This document shows, piece after piece, positions 28,620 through 41,404 of a DNA stretch of 64,000 nucleotides. The first letter of the stretch is position 1; every line of letters starts with the position of its first letter. The DNA lies in contig OZ024743.1 of NCBI GenBank assembly GCA_964016885.1, positions 334,552,001-334,616,000 on the forward strand. Direction: 5' to 3'. The stretch is from Eledone cirrhosa (taxonomy: Eukaryota). The notes beneath the pieces were generated by a model, which did no database searches, had not been told where the DNA came from, and saw only the letters and a list, made by a program, of their open reading frames with translations. Both the position numbers and the translations under genes were made by a program.

Positions 28620-28664
28620 AATATTGCTGATGAGATGTAATAACATCGAAACTAGTCCAATATT
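28620..28664 (+). ncRNA. Minimal type I hammerhead ribozyme (copy 4)
   Basis: aatattgctgatgagatgtaataacatcgaaactagtccaatatt, intact core. Confidence 0.9.
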
Positions 28665-29167
28665 CCTGTCTGGCCCTCTGGAGAATAGAGGAAATGTGTT
28701 TCCTTGAAAACCCATATGACTCTAAAACCCGGTCCGTCTGTGTGGTTACATACAGACTAGCTGACACTCACTGTAAAGTGTCTAGTGAAAAGCTGAGTAC
28801 ATGTACATATGTATACATGTGTGTATTTATATGCATACTAATACTTCCGTATACATATGTAGATGTACACTTTAACTTAATTGTTTAAGCGTCAGTCATA
28901 CAAAAGTGAGTTAGAAGCGAAACGAAATTTAATTTCGTTTCGTTATTTGTTTTTATATATTTATATATATGTGCGTATATATTAAATCATGACTGCACTA
29001 AAATTTCATATTTAATTAAATATTTTTCTTATATCCTAATCATATATTTTTTGTTACATACAATATAGTTGTGTTAATAAACAAATGTATAATTAATAAG
29101 AAAATATGAAACACGTTTAACAGAATCTATATATATAGACATTGAACAGAGCCGCAACTTTAATAAT

Positions 29168-29352
29168 TGTTTCTACTATTGGCACAAGGCCAGCAGTTAT
29201 CCCAGTGCATTACTGGTACTTTATTTTATCGACCCCGTAAGGATGTAAGTCAAAGTTAACCTCGGCGGGATTTGAACTCAGAATGGAAAGGGCTGTAACT
29301 CTATGCGTCAAAGCATGGCGTCCGACCCTCTACCGATACTGCCAAAGCCGCA
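29168..29352 (-). mobile_element. Major-family SINE
   Basis: Same diagnostic sequence as 4608-5197. Confidence 0.8.
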
Positions 29353-30045
29353 TCTTTAATAATGTCTGTTTAAAATAAAGATTGTTCCCTCACACGTTGG
29401 AACAATCTTTATTAGAGAAACACAATGGTGTATGGTCATATTCATATATACACATGTACACAGACATACACCGATATACACACACAGTCATACATGTAGA
29501 CACACACACGTATGGGAACATACGTAGTGTTGCTTTAACATATTCACACACCCACGTGCACACAAATATACACACACAGACACATACAGACACACTCAAA
29601 GACACAAACACATAGGAATACACAGTATTGTATTATCATATTTTCACACACACACACACACACGAATACATAGACACACACAGAATCACATAGACATACA
29701 CACGTACATACACATACTCACATACACATACATGTGGGAACACACAAATACAAAGAAACACACGCAGTGTTGTATTATCATATTCACACATACACACACC
29801 GACATACAAACACAGACACACAGATATGGGAACACATGCAAACACGCAGTGTTGTATTATCGTATTCACACACACACACACAAACATATGCACACATACA
29901 CACACACATGCATACAGATACGCACACAGATACATACACACACACACACACACGCACACACACACATGTACATAGACCTTTAAAAATATATATAGAGAGA
30001 AAGATGTTAGATAGTTTCACACACATACATACATATCATAGAGAT

Positions 30046-30046
30046 G

Positions 30047-30095
<49 letters not shown>

Positions 30096-30152
30096 GTAGA
30101 AAGACAGATAGATAGATAGAAAGAAAGATAGATAGATAGACAGATAGGTAGA
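30046..30152. repeat. (GATA)n microsatellite
   Basis: Direct reading. Confidence 0.95.
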
Positions 30153-32024
30153 TGATACGTAGTTTTACACACATACACATCATGCGGTTTGGGTTATTAA
30201 GCCTGTTCATTACGCTGTCAAGAACGTCACGTGGAGACATTTTACCAGAGTTATGGCAAATTTTATTTGGGAAAATCCACCGCTGGAAAAATATAAATAT
30301 GAAGACAAACCATAAGTAAGGTTTAGCTGTATGCCTTTTCCTTCGTGTATTAACATTTACATCTGAATGGAACAGAAATCTATAACGTATTTAGAATGAG
30401 TAAAAACGACTCCTTATCGTCAGGTCAGGCTTCTGCCTGCTACTGGAACCATGCAATCCAGTACCATCTGCTTCATGGTCGAGTGGTTGGCGACTAAACC
30501 GAATCCCCCATGAGACCGTGGTCTGGTGTAGATGGTTAGTAGAACCCCAGCAACACAAAAATACCTGTTAAAAGAGTAGTGAACTCCATAGAGTCAACGG
30601 CCATCCATCCAAAATATGGGTTAATAGCCCCACCAACCGCAAACAGGCCAAGCGTAGTGAGTAAGATTACACTCTTGGCATGATCAAAACCAATCAGAAA
30701 GCAGTGGAAGTCAACCAGGTATGGGCTACTTCAAAAAGGAGTAAGATGGCTCTGGATTGGACTGGAAAGAAGACTCCTGTAGCTTACATCCTAAACATGC
30801 AAATGATCCAATACTTAATGGAGATTAGGTATTCCGTTATATTTACAAATAGAAAATTTACAAATACAAATAGAAAAAGTTTATAACAGAAAAGCAAGTT
30901 TGCAATGATCAGAGTATATTTTCTTCAGATTTGTTTTAACTAAAAATATTTATACTGTTAATGATGAGGATTAAATAGTTATGTTTAAGCTCAGCATAAA
31001 TGCAATATTAATGGGAGTAGACGATAACAAATGAGAAAAAAGAAACATTTGTCTCAGCTTTTCAGTGAGTAATATTGTTTCTGTATATCATCTGTGTAAT
31101 GACAGAGAAGAGAGAACCTTGGACACATCATTGTTGAATCCCGGAGTCACAAGTTACTTCACGTCTTACAACATATATCCTCATCCAGGTAACCCAACCG
31201 AGGTTGACTAACACTCAGTTTGTGTCCAGATACACCCTACTGACCCCGGCAGTCACTTCTCTTCAGTTATAGCCATCTCGCTCTGATCGATCGACAAGAT
31301 CCCAGACATCATTCGATGACCGGGTGGTGTGGACCTCGTCAAATCGGACCAATGAAACAATGTTTCCATTGGTCTTTCCATTGCTGATACTATCTACCGG
31401 TTGCAATTCCTGGCAGAAGGAGCAACGTGAAATAAAGTGTCTTGCTCAATGACATATTTCATCACCCGAGAATTGAACTAGCAACCTCACGATTGCGAAT
31501 CCAACTCACTAACTACTAAACCACGTCCTTTCACAATATAGCCATCTAGATGCCTTTTATGGTGCTTCAACGTTATTTTCTATGTCTCACCTTCTACTTG
31601 CTCCTTAGTGTAGCTAAAGGAATGAGCTGCAAGCCCTCGGCTGCCAAGCTCCACAGACATGCACCTAAATGATTGTTAATATGGAAAAACATGAAAGAGC
31701 AGTGGAATGGCTGTTAAGGAAATTGAAGTTCTGGTTACAAATCCCGCCGAGGTCAGCTTCGCCTTTCATTCTTCCGAGGTCGATTAAATAAAGTAACACA
31801 CTGGATTTAATCGATTTTCCCCTCCCCCAAATTGGTTGGCCTTGTATTTAAATGAGAAACCAATTTGGAAAAATATGAAAATATTTGTTGATATGAGAGA
31901 TCTGTAACATCAATTATAATAATAGCGAATATGTGTATATTTATTTATATATATATTTGTTTGTCACACACTGAAAGGGAGATAACTGAGAGAGGAAGAG
32001 GGTGATGACAAACTATAGAAAACA

Positions 32025-32203
32025 GCAACCAGGATGGAGAAGACATTGCCCCAGAGGACGGTGAAGAAGATGCGCTGGAACAGCCATTCCCCCTCGCATT
32101 CTCGCACCTGCAGGCAGCCAACTCCGCTCCTTTTAGCAGTGAACAGTGATGTGGTCCGAGGGCCAAGAATGCCGAAGGTCTCTACTGCCATATGCTCAAC
32201 CAT
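32025..32203 (-). mobile_element. CRE-like LINE C-terminal RLE-region fragment
   Basis: MAVETFGILGPRT...EWLFQRIFFTVLWGNVFSIL matches the AVETLG.WGP...FLFQRISIAIQRGNA.SIL C-terminus of CRE-clade ORFs. Confidence 0.65.
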
Positions 32204-33069
32204 AGACCTATAGAGAGCGGCCGATACTTTGACTGTTTGTTCTCTGACTATTCGAACGTTCCACGTTCACGGTATGTTGTAAGGTGTTGATTGGTCTGAG
32301 AACATCTACTGACGAAATTCAACATGAAGCAACAATAAATATGATTATGTAGTGACGCCGCTACACATCAATAGAATGTATATTTAAATTTTGAAACATA
32401 CTGGTCTTTAGACTTCAACCTGAATGTTACTTTGCTTAATTTATGAGATGAATAAACCTCAGAACTGGCACTATTTAGATAGTTATAATTCCGAATTAAA
32501 TATAAATTCGATATGTCCAGGTATTTGATATCGTAGATTACATCAAGGTTACATTTTGATAATACTATCTAGTTTCGTTAACTTTTCCATGAAAATCCCA
32601 AAAGCTTAAAATTATTGGTTTTACCTGACTCTTATATAATTCAATTTTGATCTCATGCTCTGAGAAATTATTTCAGGAATCCTCTTAATAAAGCTAAAAT
32701 CTAGTTTATTAGAACACTTAAATATGGGACCAATGATTAGCAAGACTCACAAATAACTTGCTGCTTTCCTCTTAAATTGGTAGGATTACGTAGATAAATA
32801 AATCAATTGTAAGATAACTACTGAAGAAGCAGCTGTAATTTTATTGGTTTGAATGCTGTCATGTTTATTGATCATTAAGATTTTAAACTTTATTTGGTAT
32901 TAGTGGCTACGATTCAAAACATAAATAGTTCAGTCAGTGAAGCCGAACACTGGTACATACATAGAAGGATATAACTGACAAATGTAATCATAGATGGGGC
33001 TGTATAATTTGTTTAACCATCTTTGGTCTTAATCTCTGTTCAGTTCACCACAGAAAATATTATATGTAT

Positions 33070-33425
33070 GAGGATGCGGCATGGTCGAATCGTTAAGAAG
33101 CTCGCCTAGCAATCGCCTAGCAATCATTAGATTCCTAGTGGGATCTAAATATGTGGTATCTTGAGCAGATGCTAGACTCGGTTTGATCCACCCATGCCTT
33201 GTGTGTGAAATTGAGTAGACGGAAACTGTTTGGAAGCCCGTAGGATAGATTGCATTTTTAATTCAAAGGGTTAGCCTTGTCATACAGTGTGTCACATTGA
33301 ATTACCTTGAGAATTAGGTTAAGGGTGCACATATCTATGGAATGCTCAGTAACTTACATGTTTCATTAGCAAGCTGTTTCGTTGATCGAATAACTGACGC
33401 TCTCTTTGTCGAAACCGATGGAAGT
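33070..33425 (+). mobile_element. Third SINE-like dispersed repeat (related copies ~57370-57680 and ~61530-61835)
   Basis: Shared blocks ccc.tg..ttg, ctgagaattacgttaa, gtgtctgtggaatgctcagccacttacatg and ggctgttc.gttgatc.aa; tRNA-like head. Confidence 0.6.
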
Positions 33426-33636
33426 CAATTGAGGAGTGTTATACTTGTATGAAATATACATTGAATCAGCCTAGCACCACAAAAAACAGGAAAGATCGTC
33501 ATAACGCAGGTATCCATCAAAATAATCTTATTTGAGCACAAAAGCACATTATACGTGGGAAGGGGAATGAAAGTGAAAGTTAGCTCAAACCAGTTTGTCA
33601 GACTAATCAACTCATGTAATCCATCAGAGATAATAA

Positions 33637-34100
33637 TTGTTTCTACTTTGGCACAAGGCCAGCAATTATACCCCAAAGGATGACAGGCAAAGTTAACCTC
33701 GGCGGGATTTGAACTCAGACCGTAAAGGGCCGCAACTGCATGCTGCTAAGCATGGTGTCCGACCCTCTACCAATATTGCCAACTCACCCCCCTAATGGTT
33801 TCTGATTTAGGCACAAGGCCAACAATTTGAGGGGAGGGGAAAGTCGATTAAATTAAGGGACATAACTATATACCACAAAACATGTTATCCGTTGCTCTAC
33901 CGATACTGCTATTCCACTGCAAACAATAATAATTGTTTCTACTTTTGGCACAAGGCCAGCAATTACCTAGTACATTACTGGTACTTTATTTTATCGACCC
34001 CGTAAGGATGAAAGGCAAAGTTAATCTCGGCGGGATTTGAACTCAGATCACAAAGGGGCGTAACTCTATGCTGCAAAGCGTGGTGTCCGACGCTCTACCG
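33637..34100 (-). mobile_element. Cluster of major-family SINE copies and fragments
   Basis: Three tttct...ggcacaaggcca starts with the standard SINE body. Confidence 0.8.
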
Positions 34101-34804
34101 ATATAATAATGACGTTGGTGATGATGGTGATGATGATGATGATAATGATGATGATATGATGATGATGACGATGATCATCATCATCACATTAAAACCATTC
34201 ATTTCTGTATTGGCCCGTACACACAAAACAAAATGTGCCACACCAAACAAACGGGGAGGCCTACGTTTATATAAGATTTCGTCTTAAGTAAGCTAGCAAC
34301 ATCATTTCTAAATGATAATGACAAGATGTTTTCAAAACTAATTGCTTTTCTAATATACGATATTACTGTAACTCACAATCTATCAAATATATGACATTGA
34401 AAATCTCGTTTCCATATAATTTACGTATGTTAACACACGTTTATGGAATCTGTATTTTGCTAAGGTATGTTGAAATTAATTTCAGTATTTTATGTAATAA
34501 CAGGACAGATTATATTGCTTTCGCTGGTTGCAGTACTAATATCTATGATCTCATTTTATGGTACCTAATTTCCCTCTACTGAACTGGGCAATTTGCGAAT
34601 TAAGTCCAACAAGATATTTATACATTCAGGCAGTTTATTATTCCCTTACAAAGTATTATCAATACATATACATTCAGAAAGACACCCACACAGACAAAAT
34701 CGTACAAAAACACGTAAATACGTTTAAACACATACATATAATAAACTTATAAACCACACTCAATAGCAAACCATTATAATGTACGGAACCTAAAACATAC
34801 TAAC

Positions 34805-35037
34805 TCACAGACACACATACACAGAGACATACCCAGACACACACACACAGGCATACCCAGACACACACAGACACACATACAAAGAGACATACCCAGACAC
34901 ACACTCACAGGCATACCCAGACACACACACAGACACACAGACACACACACACACACACACATACACACAGACATACCCATACACGTACAAACACACAGGC
35001 ATACCCAGACAGACAGACACACACAGACATACCCAGA

Positions 35038-35068
<31 letters not shown>

Positions 35069-35110
35069 GAACACATATACCCAGACACACACACACACAT
35101 ACCCAGACAC
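34805..35110. repeat. Degenerate CA-based minisatellite (catacccagacacacac...)
   Basis: The catacccag motif recurs about nine times within (CA)n. Confidence 0.75.
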
Positions 35111-35767
35111 AGAGAGAGAGAGACATAGAATGACAGCTTAAACACCGTTATTTATATATTGACGCATTTAGAATCAACTTGTATCAGAGCTGCGATCAAA
35201 ATTCAACGTGATTTTAAAAGCTTAGCAAATGAATTATTATAATTAATCACATTTACAGAGCGTCATGTTCAGATGAAGCCACTCTAACCACAATATGGAC
35301 GTATTACTGTTTATTTTCTTTCTCATGCTTTAACTTCCAGCGATCCTATATGTTGTATGATTTAGTAATTTTTTCTTATTAGCTTTTTATATTGGAAGGA
35401 TAACAAAATTTAAATTAACGGAAAACAAAAACAATGCCGCTGTAGGTCAGAAGTCGTGTTTTAATTTGTCAAATACAGATGTTACCAGGAATCAAAAGGA
35501 AATTGATAGGCGAATCATCGATATTGATCAGGATAAGAAAAAATTTAGATAATAAAATACAACATGACGGAGACAGGTATGTTAAATGGGGATCAAATTT
35601 GAAATACTGTAAATAGATGTGTATATATTATATATATACACTTACTCATACATACTCATATATATACACTTACTCATACATACTGATATATATATACTCA
35701 TATATATATATATAAATTCAATAACACATGTCTCTCTCTCTCCATATATATTTATATGAATACACAA

Positions 35768-35814
<47 letters not shown>

Positions 35815-35945
35815 GTTTTTGAATTTGTTTGGCAAGATTTTTTTATCTAAAAACGTGGGGTGAAACAGATATTGTTATATTTTGAGAGTATGACCCCACC
35901 CAAAGTATAACAACACACACACACATACACACACACACACACACG

Positions 35946-36000
<55 letters not shown>

Positions 36001-36120
36001 ATATATATATAGAGAGAGAGAGATGTATGAGTGCATTTATATGTACATGTATGTGTGTTTCTGTATGTATGTGTGTGTGTGCATTTGTTTATATACTTAT
36101 ATGTGGTTATGTATGAGTAA

Positions 36121-36153
<33 letters not shown>

Positions 36154-36506
36154 AAGTTTGATACGAACAACTTTCACTTTGAAATGCTTTTATCGAATAT
36201 CGGCAGCTACATATACTTCACAGATGATTGGCTCAAGTTTATATCGCTCATGTAGACCAGCACTGATCTGCTCATCAGACATGTGGACTCAATCATAACA
36301 TTTACATCTCAAGGGACCCAATACCATTCCTATATATATATATATAGGAATATATATATATATATAGGAATATATATATATATATAGGAATATATATATA
36401 TATATAGGAATATATATATATATATAGGAATATATATATATATATATATATAGTAAGGATATTTTCGAAACAGCCAGTTGGTTTGAAATTATTAGAAATG
36501 TAAGCT

Positions 36507-36840
36507 ATCGCCGTATTTTGACTAAAGAAATTAAAGAAATTATTTAGCCTGATAGTGGGGTTAAGAACCCTCGGAGAAATGGAAAATGATGAGTATTGAC
36601 GTACATGGGAGTCGAACCCACATCTTTGGTTATCCGGACCACTGTGCTACCATTTACACCAAAACATCACCATTGGGTAATGTGTTGGTGTAAATGGTAG
36701 TACAGTGGTCCGGATAAGCAAAGATGTGGGTTCGACTCCCATGTACGTCAATACTCATCATTTTCCATTTCTCCGAGGGTTCTTAACCCCACTATCAGGC
36801 TAAATAATTTCTTTAATTTCTTTAGTCAAAATACGGCGAT
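36507..36840. mobile_element. Fold-back element with ~160-bp near-perfect arms, containing a tRNA-like head
   Basis: Arms mirror around 36668-36680; the right arm has TGGTGTAAATGG...GGTTCGACTCC; the element is flanked by (TA)n. Confidence 0.85.
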
Positions 36841-37401
36841 ATATATATATATATATATATTAGTAAAAAGGAAAAGAAAATGGTGACAAATTTTTCCCAG
36901 TGAAAAATAGTTTAATTAGGAATAAGTATAAATTAGTAATAAGTATTGGTTAATATTCAGTTTTAGTTTTAAGTATTTACCGGTTGCGCATTTCTAATGC
37001 TTTTCAAAAATAATGTTGAGATAGAGCGCTCGTGATGTTTGCTCTAATCTGGTCAGTTTTGGAAATTCTTCCTGTTTTATGTGAAAAAAGTGGCTCCAGA
37101 GGTATTAAGATTTGGTTGGTTGTTGAATGTCACGTGAATAAGTACTATAAATTTCGCGCCAATTCGTGTTGCAAAAAATTCTTGTAGTAAAAACAATTTT
37201 GATTGCTCGGTAGAAGTCACGTGAATGTTAAAATTGATTTTAGCGCGAACTTGTTTGGCGCCAAATGTAGGTTTGTCGAAGAGTGTCCCCTTTCGCTTGA
37301 TTGAGTCGCAGTCATGTTGAGAGGTCACTGAAAAACATGTCTATTGAGAGAAATATGTGTTTGTGTGTGTGTGTAGTAAAGACAGGTGTCTATTAAGACA
37401 A

Positions 37402-37441
<40 letters not shown>

Positions 37442-37570
37442 CAGAGTGGTTCGTGGTAGAGCGAATGAATCGGTCAGTAGGAATGTGTGTGTACGTGTGT
37501 GGGGGTATTTTAACATGTTGAAACATATTTTTCAGCTCTTGTCTTATACGGAGAAGTGTGTGTGTGTGTA

Positions 37571-37601
<31 letters not shown>

Positions 37602-38353
37602 GGGGTTTTTAACCCTAGGACAGGAAAATGCTTCTCTGATGATCGTTGCTTTTCCATTAATATCCTCGTGATATTTAATGTTTTGCGCCGTGAAACTGTA
37701 CAGTTAGGGCCATTTGAATAGGTAAATATTTATATTATATTTTTTAATTTTGATTAATTTTAATTGTATATTAATTTTAATTTATTTTGAAAAATTGGTT
37801 GAATTTTACTTGTGCTGCTTATCTTGATATTAAGTTCTGGTATATCAAATTATTACCATAGAACCACCTTAAATCATAGACACACTATATATTTCCGGGG
37901 GTACATTGTACCCTCAGATATATATTAACCTTATTCAATAATCTCCAGTATGTAGAGATAAATCTTTGTCGTTCTATTTAGTTGCTAAAAATCTTTTTTA
38001 GTAGCGATCATAGACGGCTAGTCTACGATTTCCCGCCTTCACTATACACCAATGTATTTACGGGTCACTTTCACGACCTTTCAGACCTGTATTAGTTGGA
38101 GTGAGGTCATATATTTTGTCGTTCCTGGGGTTTGTAACCCTAGGACAGGAAAATGCTTCTCTGATGATCGTTGCTTTTCCATTAATATCCTCGTGATATT
38201 TAATGTTTTGCACCGTGAAACTGTACAGTTAGGGCCATTTGAATAGGTAAATATTTATATTATATTTTTTAATTTTGATTAATTTTAACTGTATATTAAT
38301 TTTGATTTATTTTGAAAAATTGGTTGAATTTTACTTACTTGTTCTGCTTATCT

Positions 38354-38358
<5 letters not shown>
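37602..38358 (+). mobile_element. Partial-tandem (pseudo-LTR-like) element, 525-bp period, each repeat carrying a hammerhead
   Basis: 37602-37830 repeats at 38127-38358; homologous to 3400-3612; TA-flanked. Confidence 0.8.
37627..37714 (+). ncRNA. Type I hammerhead motif (second copy 38152-38239)
   Basis: AATGCTTCT-CTGATGA-(long stem II)-GAAAC-TGTACA-GTT-AGGGCCATT. Confidence 0.65.
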
Positions 38359-38409
<51 letters not shown>

Positions 38410-38505
38410 GTTATATATATATATATATATATATAATTAAGCGTCAGTCATACGAAAGTGAGTTACAAATGAAACGAAATTTAATTTCGTTTCGTTATTT
38501 GTTTT

Positions 38506-38552
<47 letters not shown>

Positions 38553-39019
38553 TTGTAGACGGACCAGTATGTTTGTGATACTGGTAAAAACGGTGTACAT
38601 TATTCGATATTTTCAGTCATTTGCAAAAACGATTCTCTCAAAAGAACATCAATAATATCAATAATAAAAGAGGTGAAATGATGTATAGTATTGTCATAAC
38701 ACAAGGTGTGTGTGAGTGTCCAGATTGTACGTACTGCAAGGGGAATCCATTAGGCCCTGCCGTATGGGATACTTGTGTACACATATGTATGTGCCCATCA
38801 ATGTGCAATACATGTGTGCGTATATGTAAGTGTGTGTGTTGGCACATGTATATCTATAAACATCAAAAGGTATGCAAATTTGTGTATATTTGTGTTGCAC
38901 CATAGGACATGTGTGTTTACGTATGTCATTGTGTTTATATGTGGATAGAATGTATGTAGAATGTATGCTGATGTAGGTATGTATGTTGACGTGTGTATGT
39001 TGTGGGTTCGTCATAGGGA

Positions 39020-39750
39020 GAAGTGTTTAGACGGGGTCCGTATCTGTTAATAAAGTGAGATACTTGCTGATGCGCTGGTTGTGGGTGGCATTATCTTTAA
39101 ATTCGTAGAGGGGAAAGATTCTAAAGTTGGGATGATTTTGGGCGGCACAGGTATCAATGTGTTCACTCAGTGGTATTTTTCTGTATTCCCGTATTTTGAT
39201 TTAGGATCTATGGACAGCCATGCGTTGGCGGAGGCTGTTTTTAGTCTGGCCTTTGTATTGTTCTCGATAACCTGAGCAAGTTAATACATATATTAGATTT
39301 TCTGATGCGCATGTAAAATTGTGTTTTACTATAAAACGTTGTCCTTCTTCGAAATAGGATTCCGAACCATCTATTAGGTTGATGCAAATGCCACAGTTGG
39401 GTCTATCGCATTTTTTTTATTGTGGGTTTTGTTATTGTGGTTGGCAGTATTTTGGCATGTGTTAGAATGATTTTCATTGACTTAGATTGTCTTTTGCTCT
39501 TTATGATATCGTGTGTTCTAAGAATTTGGTTCATTCTATGGTCCTTTTTTAACACAGGGATGTTCTGGAGGATGGTGTCAAAGGCCGTATTGTTGATGGG
39601 GTTGTGTGTGGCGATGTATGGACGAGCTTTTAGTTTCGGTTGATTTAGTTTAGGGTGTCTAAGTTCCTGTGTACTGAGTTTTAGGGCACGTTGGATTTCA
39701 TTGTCAATTAGTGATGCAGTGTAGTCCCTGCTTATGAGTGTGTCCTTTAG
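39020..39750 (-). mobile_element. Penelope-like element ORF remnant (RT thumb/linker and GIY-YIG endonuclease), degenerate
   Basis: Minus-strand translation: LISRDYTASLIDNEIQRAL...KKCDRPNCGIC...FTCASENLIYVLTCSGYREQYKGQTKNSLRQRMAVHR...LSEHIDTC. Confidence 0.8.
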
Positions 39751-40353
39751 TTATATATATATATATATAGTTATATATATATATATATTTATATAAATTA
39801 GAAAGTGAGGTCTTTTTTTTTTTTTTACAAAATGAAAAAAGAAAAACGAGATGTCCTACACGAGTGAAAGTATAAGGAAAAAAGTTGAAATCAAAATTGC
39901 AACTGGAGTCTTTTTTTTAAAAATATATATTTATTTGTGTTCCTTTACCGGTTTAACAGTTCTTGTGCTTTTCACAAATAGAATTGAGATGAAGTGTTTG
40001 TGGTTTTTCTCGCATCTGGTTGGTGTTCGAATATTACTTCTGTTTTATAGAAAAGAAGTGGCTCGAAATGCTAGGTTTTTTAGAAAAGTAATTTCGAAAA
40101 ACTCATGTGAATAAGTATAATAAATTTCGTGCCAGTTCGCGTTTAACAGTTCTTATTATATTTGCCTTTAAAAAAAGGGGAGGGGGCCTCAGATTGTTTT
40201 TTCATATATGAACATAATCACTGACAGAGCGATTATATCTATGCAGTTAATAATCCTCTGGAACAGCTGCATTTTCATGTTGCAGCCAAAACATAACAGA
40301 GAATTCCTGATGGGACACGTTCTGTGAAGGAACTACAAGGGGCCCAATACCAT

Positions 40354-40412
<59 letters not shown>

Positions 40413-40413
<1 letters not shown>

Positions 40414-40805
40414 TTCCGAACCATCTATTAGGTTGATGCATATGCCACAGTTGGGTCTATCGCATTTTTTTTTATTGTGGGTTTTGTTATTGTGGTTGGC
40501 AGTACTTTGGCATGTGTTAGAAAGATTTTCATTGACTTAGATTGTCTTTTGCTCTTTATGATATCGTGTGTTCGAAGGATTTGGTTCATTCTATGGTCCT
40601 TTTTTAACACATGGATGTTCTGGTGGATGGTGTCAAAGGCCGTATTGTTGATGGGGTTGTGTGTGGCGATGTATGGAAGAGCTTTTAGTTTCGGTTGATT
40701 TACTTTAGGGTGTCTAAGTTCCTGTGTACTGAGTTTTAGGGCACGTTGGATTTCATTGTCAATTAGTGATGCAGTGTAGTCCCTGCTTATGAGTGTGTCC
40801 TTTAG
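40413..40805 (-). mobile_element. Duplicate of part of the PLE remnant (39359-39752)
   Basis: Near-identical sequence; the ORFs at 39422 and 40477 translate almost identically. Confidence 0.85.
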
Positions 40806-40806
40806 T

Positions 40807-40842
<36 letters not shown>

Positions 40843-40859
40843 ATATATTATATATATAT

Positions 40860-41315
40860 ATATCTTTAAGTCGTTTGGAAGCGTCGACAATGCAAATGGG
40901 TAAATCTCCGGGTAACAAGGTCCGGTGGTGGAGAGAGAGATGTAAGTGGGTGTACGTTGAGATGCGTAGTGTGTATAAGATGTGTGAGATGTGTAGAATG
41001 AAGGGAATAGTATAAAGGATAAAAATAAAAATAACAACACAAGAGAGAGTTACCTTGGGAGAGATTTTATAGTCCCTATATATTTCGGATTCACATCCAT
41101 CAACTGGGGTTTTTTTCCGGTGTGGGGGAAAAGGTTGTCTGTCGGACAAGTCCGGAACGCGTCTTTCGCTGTTTGTTGTTTTGAATATCACACATCTTAT
41201 ACACACCACGCATCTCAACGTACACCCACTTACATCTCTCTCTCCACCACCGGACCTTGTTACCCGGAGATTTACCCATTTGCATTGTCGAGGCTTCCAA
41301 ACGACTTAAAGATAT
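40860..41315. repeat. Fold-back element, ~128-bp inverted arms with a ~200-bp spacer, in (TA)n
   Basis: 40860-40987 is the reverse complement of 41188-41315. Confidence 0.85.
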
Positions 41316-41367
41316 TTACTTATTGTTCCACAATGCTTCAAGCAAACTTCAATACTCTCTTATATAT

Positions 41368-41404
<37 letters not shown>

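Larger units (their letters stand above)
26870..28956. mobile_element. 469-bp hammerhead-containing unit: ~2.4 tandem copies then ~2.1 inverted tandem copies, flanked by (TA)n (retrozyme or PLE pseudo-LTR-like)
   Basis: Unit starts at 26870, 27339 and 27808; orientation switches at 27974-27975; inverted units start at 27974, 28443 and 28912; copies are nearly identical. Confidence 0.9.

Noticed and set aside
26864-28888. Repeated 64-72-aa ORFs in the 469-bp unit
   Set aside because: No recognisable domain, one copy has a stop, and the unit is better explained as structured non-coding RNA.
30400-30800. Putative LINE 5' region, related to 53200-53350 inverted
   Set aside because: Shared sequence is visible but I cannot classify it or define its ends.
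34484-34568. Hydrophobic transmembrane-like peptide on the plus strand
   Set aside because: Opposite strand to the LDLa gene, short, and expected by chance in AT-rich DNA.
36683-36748. tRNA gene
   Set aside because: A and B boxes are present but I could not form a convincing acceptor and anticodon cloverleaf; it is part of a repeat.
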